Below, piece after piece: positions 52,088-60,285 of a stretch of DNA of 64,000 bases. The notes under the pieces are model-generated. The model searched no databases. It was not told the DNA's origin and saw only the letters and a list, made by a program, of their open reading frames with translations. Position numbers and translations under genes: made by a program. How positions within the stretch are numbered: position 1 is the stretch's first letter; each line of letters opens with the position of its first letter. Source of the stretch: an uncultured Chloroflexia bacterium (GTDB taxonomy: Bacteria; Chloroflexota; Limnocylindria; Limnocylindrales; CSP1-4); contig OY970218.1 in the NCBI GenBank assembly GCA_963713975.1, forward strand, positions 1,120,001-1,184,000, read 5' to 3'.

Positions 52088-52135
52088 ATCTTGCAACATG
52101 CGGCAGTTGCATAAGCAGCCGATGCGGTCTAGTGT
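52088..52135 (+). promoter_or_regulatory. Leaderless promoter/operator of the ArsR gene
   Basis: Palindrome TGCAAC-N8-GTTGCA. TTGCAT-N17-TAGTGT, 6 nt before ATG 52142. Confidence 0.65.
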
Positions 52136-52141
52136 TTGCCC

Positions 52142-52510
52142 ATGCCCGCGAACCAAAGGCCAGACGACCCGGACGGCCTCCGACAGTTCAAGGCCGACTT
52201 CTTCAAGGCTCTCGCCCATCCGGTGCGGATCCTCATCCTCGAGCTGCTTCGGGACGGGCCGCTCAGCGTGGGGCAGCTCCAGGAGGCGATCGGAGCGCCC
52301 CCATCGTCGATCTCCCAGCAGCTTGCCGTGCTACGCGGTCGCGGCATCGTGTCCACCCAACGTCACGGCACGACGGTCATCTACGCCGTCGGCGACCCGG
52401 ACATCTTCGAGCTGCTCGACGTGGCCCGGAGGATCTTCAATGCACACCTTTCGGACACGATCGACCTGCTCCGCCTCGTCGACTCGGAACCGGCCGGTGC
52501 CCGGCGGTGA
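52142..52510 (+). CDS. ArsR/SmtB-family repressor, Rv0081-like
   Basis: FKADFFKALAHPVRILILELL...SVGQL...SQQLAVLR. Confidence 0.9.
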   Translation: MPANQRPDDPDGLRQFKADFFKALAHPVRILILELLRDGPLSVGQLQEAIGAPPSSISQQLAVLRGRGIVSTQRHGTTVIYAVGDPDIFELLDVARRIFNAHLSDTIDLLRLVDSEPAGARR

Positions 52511-52926
52511 CGGACGGACGAGTCCGGCGCCTCGATCGGCCGGCGGGCGTCATTCGGGGCTGACGCTCGGTCGAACGCCGGCCCTGACGGCGAAGCGAAT
52601 GATGGTCGGCCGCCACGAGCGGAGGCTCCGAGTCTGGGGCTGCACACAAGTCGCCTGACCGCGTCGTGAGACGAGAGCCTGCAGCGCCGCACTGCGACAT
52701 CGCCCCAATCGGCCGACTAGCAGCGAAGGCCCGCGGCCCGCACCCTTGGGGCATGACGGCGCGCTGGTCAGATGCACGTCGACTCCCTGGTTCCCGACTG
52801 GGTACATCCGCGACGGCACCCCCGCGGATGCCCAGTGCGCGGAGTCGAGTTCGTCCTGGCGTTCCTCGCCGGGGTCGCCCGGCGGCTGGGGCCAGTCCGA
52901 CAGCCGCAGCGGGGACGGGTAACGAA

Positions 52927-52956
52927 TTGACGAAGATCGCGTCAACGGACTAAGGT
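52927..52956 (+). promoter_or_regulatory. Promoter with palindrome over the -35
   Basis: TTGACG-N7-CGTCAA within TTGACG-N18-TAAGGT. Confidence 0.55.
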
Positions 52957-52995
52957 GCGACCCATCCTGGCCAGCATCGCGGACAGGCAGGGCAG

Positions 52996-53442
52996 GTGGT
53001 GATTGACCTCCACGCGGACGAGATCGTCGAGCCCGTTCGGCCGCTTCGGCTCGCCCATCACCTGATCATCGGTTTGGCGGCGGCGTTGATCGCGCCGTTC
53101 ACCGGTTTCGCGTGGCCGCTCGCCCTGCTCACCGGGTTCGTGATCGGCGAGTCGGAAGCCGAGCGTGCTCGCGGGATTCGCAGATCGACCGGCGTCCGCC
53201 TCGTTCGGATCCTGGCGGTGACGGGCGGCGTGCTCGGGGCGATGATCCTCGGGGCGGTGGTCGGAGGGATCATCGCATTCCTGATCATGGCCCTCGCGGC
53301 GTCCTCGGAGCGCATCGCCGCCGGGACCTCTCGAGACGACCACTTCATCAGTCGCCTGCTCGTGATCGTCGTCACCACCGCTGGCTGGCTCATCCTGTTC
53401 ACGGTCCTCGGTATCCATCTCGAAGCGCGCTTCGGCCTCTAG
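52996..53442 (+). CDS. Hypothetical membrane protein
   Basis: 3-4 hydrophobic segments, directly downstream of a good promoter. Confidence 0.65.
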   Translation: MVIDLHADEIVEPVRPLRLAHHLIIGLAAALIAPFTGFAWPLALLTGFVIGESEAERARGIRRSTGVRLVRILAVTGGVLGAMILGAVVGGIIAFLIMALAASSERIAAGTSRDDHFISRLLVIVVTTAGWLILFTVLGIHLEARFGL

Positions 53443-53461
53443 ATCGAACGCCAGCGGTCAA

Positions 53462-53683
53462 ATGATCCACGGCTCAGTCCAGCTTGTCCCCGCGCTCGTC
53501 GGCGCGCGACTCACGCCGGAGGCGTACTCGCTGGGCCTCGCGCTCGCGCTGCCCGAGCGCGTTCAGCCGGCGCAGGAGTGGGTACTGGCGCGCCCGACAG
53601 GTGTTGGATGCTCGATTTCAACCTACACCATCCCGATCGAGGGCCGCGAGGAGTGGCTGGCTGCGGCGAGGCGACTGGCGTGA
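53462..53683 (+). CDS. Hypothetical small protein
   Basis: 73-aa ORF with GTGA overlap to the next ORF. Confidence 0.35.
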   Translation: MIHGSVQLVPALVGARLTPEAYSLGLALALPERVQPAQEWVLARPTGVGCSISTYTIPIEGREEWLAAARRLA

Positions 53684-53928
53684 AGGACGGATACCTGCGC
53701 GGCTCCTTGCCGGGGACTCGGACGGCCCGCCAGGTTGACGTTCTGGCCGCCTTCGTTGCCCCGGGCGGATCTGTGTCGGAAGCGGCGGAACGTCTCGGCA
53801 TCCGGCCCAGCTCCGCGAAACGGCATCTCGCCGATCTGCGTGCGCGATCGGGTCTCACCACCGAGCAACTGATCTACCGGGGGCGAGCTGAGGGCTGGCT
53901 CGTGGCGCCGAGTCTGGAGCTGAGGTGA
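53680..53928 (+). CDS. Small LuxR-like HTH protein
   Basis: TARQVDVL...SVSEAAERLGIRPSSAKRHLADLRARSG. Confidence 0.6.
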   Translation: MKDGYLRGSLPGTRTARQVDVLAAFVAPGGSVSEAAERLGIRPSSAKRHLADLRARSGLTTEQLIYRGRAEGWLVAPSLELR

Positions 53929-53993
53929 GGGCGCACAGCCGACAGGTGCGGCGTAGTGCGTCTTAGCATCGGTCATCGAGCGGGAGAATACGT

Positions 53994-54737
53994 CTACGCC
54001 GACCAAGTCCATGGTCGGCCTTTCGAACGGATGTCGGATATCACGGGGTGATCGCGTTTGGCTCCATCGGGTCTGTCTGCTGCCAGTACCTCGTCGTCGA
54101 GAACAGGCCCGATCAGTCCGGCCTGGAGCGCCGTGGCGACGGCTTCCGCGCGATTCCGGGCGCCGAGCTTCGCGTAGCCATGTGCCAGATGCGACTTGAC
54201 GGTGTTCCTCGACACGAAGATCTGGCGGGCGATGTCGTCGGTCTTGAGACCGGCGGCCGCGAGACTCAGGACCTCGAGCTCGCGAGTCGTGAGCGGGTCG
54301 ACCGTGCTGGCATCCGTCTGGCGCGCCCGCTTTCCTGACGCCAGTGCCGCAGCCCGGAGGCGAGCGGCGAGGATCGCGACGAATGTCCCTTCAAGCACAA
54401 ACAAGGCTAATCGCACGAGGTCGGCCGGTTCCGTGAGCCACGGGTGACCGCGAAGCGGCACGAGGAGCGAAGTCCCTATCGCGCACAGGCCGAGAGTGAG
54501 CAACGCGACCCTGAAGCCCAGACCGATCGCGACGACCGAAACCGGGAGCAGCAGCAAGAGGAAGGCGCCGCCGCCGGGCAAGATGTCGGCCGTCTGATCG
54601 ACGCTGATGACCGCCCCGAGCGTCGCCGCGACCGGTAGGCCAAAGCGGAGACGGGGTCTGAACTGGGACGCAACCGCGAGGCTGGCGATCGCTCGTTGGG
54701 CGGCGAGCTCCACCGCGCGGCCATCAATGACGGACAC
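53994..54737 (-). CDS. Membrane sensor (DUF4118/KdpD-TM-like) fused to LuxR HTH
   Basis: About 4 TM (LLLLPV.V.A...G; DLVRLALFVL), then LTTRELEVL...SRNTVKSHL...KLGARNRAEAV. TACCCT -10 7 nt before GTG 54737. Confidence 0.8.
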   Translation of the reverse strand: MSVIDGRAVELAAQRAIASLAVASQFRPRLRFGLPVAATLGAVISVDQTADILPGGGAFLLLLLPVSVVAIGLGFRVALLTLGLCAIGTSLLVPLRGHPWLTEPADLVRLALFVLEGTFVAILAARLRAAALASGKRARQTDASTVDPLTTRELEVLSLAAAGLKTDDIARQIFVSRNTVKSHLAHGYAKLGARNRAEAVATALQAGLIGPVLDDEVLAADRPDGAKRDHPVISDIRSKGRPWTWSA

Positions 54738-55070
54738 CCAGTAAAGGGTAGGTAGGTTCGCGCGGACTGTCCACCGATGACGACCCGGCAGCACTGAAAC
54801 CAGGGGCCCGGCCAACCCGAATCACCCGAACGGGGGATGACGACCGACCGTGCCGGACGCGACGATTTCGGTTTCCCGACGCCGCGTTTCTGTAGGTGGG
54901 CCTTCGTTTCTACGGCTGGCCCCGGCGGTGACCCCACACGACCGAGGTGCCCATGGACCCCACCAACACGCCACCTGCGAACCGAGTCCTGAGGACCGCG
55001 CCCGCTCGCCAAGCCGACACCGACAGGCGCTGCGCTTCATGAACCTGTCTACCCCAACAGGGCCCCGAGC

Positions 55071-55985
55071 ATGAACGTCGTCGAAGTCACCGAGCTGACC
55101 AAGCAGTACGGCAGTCACGTGGCCGTCGATGGCGTGTCCTTCGCTGTCGAGGAGGGCGAGATCTTCGGCATTCTCGGCCCGAACGGCGCCGGCAAGACGA
55201 CGACCGTCGAGACGATCGCCGGTTTGCGCACGCCCGACGGCGGGACGATCCGAGTCCTCGGGCTTGACCCGCAGCAGGATCGTGACCGGCTGCGGCCGCT
55301 GGTCGGCGTCCAGCTCCAGGAGAGCGAGCTGCCCGAACGGATGACGACGGGCGAAGCGGTCCGGCTGTTCGCCTCGTTCTATGCCAATCCGGAGGGTCCG
55401 ACAGCCCTGATCGGCGATCTGGGGCTGACCCAGAAACGCGACACGCAGTATCGCCATCTGTCCGGAGGTCAGAAGCAGCGCCTCTCGATCGCTCTCGCAC
55501 TCGTCGGCAAACCCAAGGTCGCCATCCTTGACGAGCTGACGACAGGCCTCGACCCGCAAGCTCGCCGCGCGACATGGCAGGTCATCGAGTCGATCCGCGA
55601 ACGGGGCGTCACCGTGCTGCTCGTCACCCACTTCATGGAGGAGGCGGAGCGCCTCGCAGACCGCGTCGCCATCGTCGACGGTGGCCGGATCGTCGCGATC
55701 GACACGCCTGCCGGGATCATCTCGCGTCTCGACGCCGAGCAGACGCTTCGCTTCCGCCCGTCGGCGCCGATCGAGGATCAGCTGCTCACTGACCTCCCAG
55801 AGGTGAACGACGTCAACCGGGCGGGCCCCGTCGTCGTCGTCACTGGCATCGGGAATCTCATCCACGCCGTCACCTCGGTTCTGGCCCAACAGGGGGTCGT
55901 GGCCAACGACCTCCGGGTTGAACAGGCCAACCTCGACGATGCGTACCTCGCTCTGACGGCCCGCACCGCAAAGGAGCTGTCATGA
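55071..55985 (+). CDS. ABC exporter ATP-binding protein
   Basis: GPNGAGKTT, LSGGQKQR, DELTTGLDP. Confidence 0.93.
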   Translation: MNVVEVTELTKQYGSHVAVDGVSFAVEEGEIFGILGPNGAGKTTTVETIAGLRTPDGGTIRVLGLDPQQDRDRLRPLVGVQLQESELPERMTTGEAVRLFASFYANPEGPTALIGDLGLTQKRDTQYRHLSGGQKQRLSIALALVGKPKVAILDELTTGLDPQARRATWQVIESIRERGVTVLLVTHFMEEAERLADRVAIVDGGRIVAIDTPAGIISRLDAEQTLRFRPSAPIEDQLLTDLPEVNDVNRAGPVVVVTGIGNLIHAVTSVLAQQGVVANDLRVEQANLDDAYLALTARTAKELS

Positions 55986-56716
55986 ACGGGATGCGTGCCC
56001 TGATCGTGGCCGAGACGAGGCTCCTCCTGCGCGACCCGATTAGCTGGATCCTGTCGATCTTCCTGCCAACGGCGATCCTGCTGGTCTTCGGTTTCATCCT
56101 TGCGCCCCACCGCCCGGACCCGGCGTTCGGGGGCCTGCGGTTCATCGACGTGTTCGCCCCGTCGCTGATCGTGATCGCCATGGCGATCCTCGCCCTCCAG
56201 ATCCTGCCGGTACGCCTGACGAACTACCGTGAGCGAGGCATCCTGCGTCGCTTCTCGACAACGCCGGTCCACCCCAGGCGGCTGTTGTTCGCCCAGCTTG
56301 TCGTCTACTCGGTGACGGCGACCCTCGGCGTGGTCCTGCTGGTCGTCGTCGGCAACCTCGTGTTCGACATCCAGATCCCGGCCAATCCCATCGGCTTCGT
56401 GGTCGCATTCGGCCTCGGGATGGCGGGGCTCCTCGCGATCGGGCTGCTGCTCGCCGCAGTCGCGCCGTCGGCCGGCGTCGCCACGGCCGTCGGGGTCCCG
56501 GCGTTCATGGTCGTGCTGCTGCTGGGCGGCGTCTACGTCCCACGGACGATCCTGCCTGACCTGCTCATCCGGATCGGCGAGTTCACGCCGCCGGGCGTCC
56601 AGGGGCTGCAGGACGCATGGACGGGTGCCACGCCGCAGCTCCTGCCGCTGGCCGTGCTGGCTGCCCTCGCCGTCGCCTTCGGGCTGATTGCCAGCCGCGC
56701 GTTCCGCTGGGAGTGA
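55982..56716 (+). CDS. ABC-2 exporter permease
   Basis: 6 TM, YRERGILRR..TTP, FRWE end. Confidence 0.9.
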   Translation: MNGMRALIVAETRLLLRDPISWILSIFLPTAILLVFGFILAPHRPDPAFGGLRFIDVFAPSLIVIAMAILALQILPVRLTNYRERGILRRFSTTPVHPRRLLFAQLVVYSVTATLGVVLLVVVGNLVFDIQIPANPIGFVVAFGLGMAGLLAIGLLLAAVAPSAGVATAVGVPAFMVVLLLGGVYVPRTILPDLLIRIGEFTPPGVQGLQDAWTGATPQLLPLAVLAALAVAFGLIASRAFRWE

Positions 56717-56870
56717 CTGCCCGCATCGGACCGAATGGTCGCGGGCCGAGCGCCACGCTCTGGCGAGACCGAATCGCCGTTGCGTTCCCGGCTCAGGGAC
56801 ACCCTTACACCGTACAGACGCAGGAGTCCGAGATCGCTCGGGCCGACCAGCAAGAAGCAAGGAGAGGCCT

Positions 56871-57884
56871 ATGACCGCCAGGGTGACAGACCAGATCACG
56901 ATGAAGGCAATCGTGCAGGACAGGTACGGCTCGGCCGATGTCCTGCAGCTGCGCGACATCGACAAGCCCGGGTTCGGCGACGACGAGGTCCTCGTCCGCG
57001 TTCGCGCGGCCGGCGTCCATGCCGGCGACTGGCACCTCATGGCTGGGCTGCCGTACCTCGTCCGCATGGGGTTCGGGCTACGCGCGCCCAAGCAAACTGT
57101 CCGGGGCACCGATGTCGCAGGGACGGTCGAGGCGGTCGGCAAGAACGTGACCCGGTTCCAGCCCGGTGATGCCGTCTTCGGCATCGGCGCCGGCGCGTTC
57201 GCCGAATTCACGATCGCTCGAGAGGACAAGCTCGCGCTCATGCCCGCCAACCTCAGCTTCGATGCGGCCGCGACGGTGCCCACCTCCGGGTCGACGGCGC
57301 TGCAGGGTCTTCGCGACGTGGGAAAGCTGCAGGCGGGCCAGAAGGCACTGATCATCGGCGCGGCCGGAGGCGTGGGGTCGTTCGCCGTGCAGATCGCCAA
57401 GGCTCTCGGAGCCCACGTCACCGGCGTCTGCAGCACGACGAAGGTAGACCTGGTCCGATCGATCGGCGCGGATGAGGTCATCGACTACACCCGAGAGGAT
57501 TTCGCTGAGGGCGGGCAGCGCTTCGACCTCATCTTCGATACCGCCGGAGGCCGTTCCCTCTCCCAGCTGCGGCGCGCCCTGGCGCCAAAGGGGACGCTCG
57601 TGATCGTGGGAGCCGAAGGAGGCGACCGGTGGATCGGCGGCATCGATCGCCAGCTCCGGGCCAGTGTGCTGTCGCCGTTCGTCGGCCAGAAGCTGGGCAC
57701 GTTCATGTCGAAGGAGAAGAACGAGGACCTGCACTCCCTGAAGGCCTTGATCGAGTCGGGCAAGGTCACTCCGGTTATCGACCGGACCTACCCGCTGGAC
57801 GAGGTTCCCGACGCGATCCGCTACCTGCACGAGGGACATGCCCGGGGCAAGATCGTGATCGGCGTTGACCGTGCGACCGCCTGA
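56871..57884 (+). CDS. NAD(P)-dependent MDR oxidoreductase (Zn-independent)
   Basis: MKAIVQDRYGS, GTDVAG.VEAVG, GAAGGVG, HARGKIVI. Confidence 0.92.
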   Translation: MTARVTDQITMKAIVQDRYGSADVLQLRDIDKPGFGDDEVLVRVRAAGVHAGDWHLMAGLPYLVRMGFGLRAPKQTVRGTDVAGTVEAVGKNVTRFQPGDAVFGIGAGAFAEFTIAREDKLALMPANLSFDAAATVPTSGSTALQGLRDVGKLQAGQKALIIGAAGGVGSFAVQIAKALGAHVTGVCSTTKVDLVRSIGADEVIDYTREDFAEGGQRFDLIFDTAGGRSLSQLRRALAPKGTLVIVGAEGGDRWIGGIDRQLRASVLSPFVGQKLGTFMSKEKNEDLHSLKALIESGKVTPVIDRTYPLDEVPDAIRYLHEGHARGKIVIGVDRATA

Positions 57885-57950
57885 CGAGGTGGATGCCGTG
57901 ACCCTTCGCCCGGTCGGTGCGCCAGCGAAGAACTCAGGGAGGGTTGACCC

Positions 57951-58112
57951 GTGCACAACAAGCGATTGAGCCAGGGGGCGTGCGTCGCCCTCGGTGCCGG
58001 GATCGGCGCCACCATCGGGATCGCCATCGGCAACGTCGGCGCTGGCATCGGCGTGGGTGTCGCCATCGGTGCTGCCCTCGCAACCAGGGTGTCGGGCGGT
58101 GAGGCGAGGTGA
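57951..58112 (+). CDS. 53-aa glycine-zipper membrane protein
   Basis: GGAGG RBS, ALGAGIGATIGIAIGNVGAGIGVGVAIGAAL, GTGA overlap with the next gene. Confidence 0.65.
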   Translation: MHNKRLSQGACVALGAGIGATIGIAIGNVGAGIGVGVAIGAALATRVSGGEAR

Positions 58113-59082
58113 AGGCGATCCGCCGAGACAGGTACGGCCCGCCCGACATCCTGGAACTCAACGAAGTCGAGAAGCCCGTCCCGAAGGACGACGAGGTCCT
58201 GGTCCGTATCCGGGCGTCATCCCTGAACCAGGCTGACCTCGATTACCTGCTGGGCAAGCCCTTCCTCACGCGCATGGGCACCGGGCTCCGCACGCCGAGG
58301 AACCGCGGCCTGGGCTTGGACGCGGCCGGGCAGGTCGAGGCCGTTGGCCCCGACGTGACGGCGTTTCAGCTGGGCGACGACGTGTTCGGAGACCTGACCG
58401 CGTTCGGCTACGGTGCCTTCGCCGAGTACGCGTGCGCTCCGGAGGACGCCTGGGCGCGGATGCCCGCGGGCCTGACCTTCGAGGAAGCGGCGACCATTCC
58501 CCAGGCGGCCATCCTGGCCCTGCAGGGCCTCAAGCGAGGGAGCGGCTCGGGTCGGGAACGAGGGTGCTGATCAACGGTGCGTCAGGCAACGTGGGCCCGT
58601 TCGCCGTCCAGATCGCGAAGGCCTTCTGCGCCCACGTGACCGGCGCCTGCAGCACCGCCAAGGTGGACATGGTGCGGGGGCTCGGCGCCGACGAGGTCAT
58701 CGACTACACCCGCGAGGACTACACCCGGCGGGGACAACGGTACGACTGGATCGTCGATGTCGCGGGCAACCGTTCGATCCTCGAGTGCCGGCGGGCGCTG
58801 AAGCCTGGGGGCGTCTACGTCATTGTCGGCGGTCCCACGAGCCGCATCCTGGGCGCCCTGCTGCTCGGTCCGCTGATCTCGCTGGCCGGGAGCAGGACGA
58901 TGGGTCTCATGCTGGGGTGGAAGCTCTTCAAGAAGGAAGACGTGGTCCTTCTGAAACAGCTCATCGGGGCTGGGAAGATCCGGCCGATGATCGATCGGAG
59001 GTATCCACTGACGGACGTTGCTGCAGCGCTTCGGTACCTGCATGGCGGACACGCTCGGGGGAAGGTCGTCATCACCGTGTGA
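58109..59082 (+). pseudogene. Frameshifted MDR oxidoreductase
   Basis: N-half in ORF 58109..58570 (to ALQGL). C-half (RVLINGASG...HARGKVVITV) is in the -1 frame, with the shift near 58533-58547. Confidence 0.8.
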
Positions 59083-59190
59083 GGTCCCGCGCACGGCCCA
59101 GACCGAGGCGTTGTCGCGCAACGGATCGTCCGCAAGGCGTAGCACCACGGGCGAATAGACCGCAGCGCCCGCCCCGTCGACGATTCGGGG

Positions 59191-59634
59191 GTGAAGCTGT
59201 GCACGGTCTGCGGTGTCATCACCAGCCGCGCGGGTAGTCGCTGCACCGAGCACGCTCGCCAATCCAACCGCAGCAGGCACAACGCCATGTACAGCACGCG
59301 GGCCTGGCAACGAATCAGCGCCCGCGTGCTTCGTGCCTGGCGTGGTGAGCACGGCAACTGGTGCCCCGGCTACCAGCGCCCCGCCCACCCCGCGCGTGAC
59401 CTGACCGTCGATCACGTCGTATCACTCTCGGTTGGCGGTGCGCCGTTCGACATCGGCAACACCGCCGTGCTCTGCCGCTCGTGCAACTCGACCAAGGGTG
59501 CGACGACCGAGGGGGGCGGGGTAGCCCATGGGGGGACGCGGCTGCTCCCTGACCGCGCCCGGCGAGTGTGTGCACGCGGCCGAGTTTCGTGCTTAATGGG
59601 GGGTTTTCGCCAGGGGGCGATGCGCGAGCTCTGA
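59191..59634 (+). CDS. Phage-type HNH endonuclease
   Basis: N-terminal CTVC..RC..H, Y...W, VDHVV...GG...N...LCRSCNSTKG. Confidence 0.8.
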   Translation: MKLCTVCGVITSRAGSRCTEHARQSNRSRHNAMYSTRAWQRISARVLRAWRGEHGNWCPGYQRPAHPARDLTVDHVVSLSVGGAPFDIGNTAVLCRSCNSTKGATTEGGGVAHGGTRLLPDRARRVCARGRVSCLMGGFRQGAMREL

Positions 59635-59647
59635 CGCCCTCGACACA

Positions 59648-59842
59648 ATGGCCGCGGCCGCGACGATGACCCTCCGCGCGAGCCTCGCACCGCCGCGCCA
59701 CTGCCCGGCCTGCGGTGCCGGGCTCCCGTATCTCGGCGGGCGGGGCAGGCCGCGCCGGTGGTGCGAGGCCCACCATCCCCGTCCCGCGCGTCTTCGCCCA
59801 CGGACGGCACTGGACGCCGGCGTGTCTGCCGCCACGGCCTGA
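59648..59842 (+). CDS. Small Zn-finger-like protein or fragment
   Basis: CPACG...RGRPRRWC..H pattern seen in phage/mobile-element proteins. Confidence 0.4.
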   Translation: MAAAATMTLRASLAPPRHCPACGAGLPYLGGRGRPRRWCEAHHPRPARLRPRTALDAGVSAATA

Positions 59843-60285
59843 GGCGCCGCACCGAGACCGGCCCCGCGACCTCGCCGATCTTCGCCCGTGCGGGCCTACG
59901 TTGGTCGAAGGGCGGCTCTGAGCCTGCGGGAGCCACCAGTGCCACCGGCCCCGGGCCTGGCGTAGCGCGAGGGCGACCCGTCCGTCGATCGCCCTCGTCC
60001 CGTTGGCGGTGATGGTCGGCGGGCCCCGGTTGGCGGTGTAGGGCCCGCCCGCCGCCGACGGCTCGGCGCCGATGCGCTGGCGGGCAGGCCGTCTGCTGGG
60101 CAAGGCCCGTTCGATGGCCGTCTCCGTGCAGACCCTGTCCCGCGCCCCGAGCAAACACCGCAGACGCCGCTGGGCTGACTCCGTTGGAGGTCGGAGGCAA
60201 CGGGCCTACGGTCGAGCCAGCTCGAGCGACGGTGCACTGAGCCCGTCCCCCGGGAGCACGGATCGACCACCACGAGGAGCGTCCC

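Noticed and set aside
58530-58570. Programmed ribosomal frameshift in the MDR gene
   Set aside because: No slippery heptamer is visible. A 1-bp deletion or sequencing error is simpler.
59191-59634. HNH as an IscB/Cas9-like RNA-guided nuclease or intron-encoded protein
   Set aside because: Too small, with no RuvC motifs and no recognisable intron or omega-RNA context.
59960-60060. GC-rich hairpins and a GTTGGCGGTG direct repeat upstream of the third MDR gene
   Set aside because: Only two copies, and short stems are expected by chance at this GC content.
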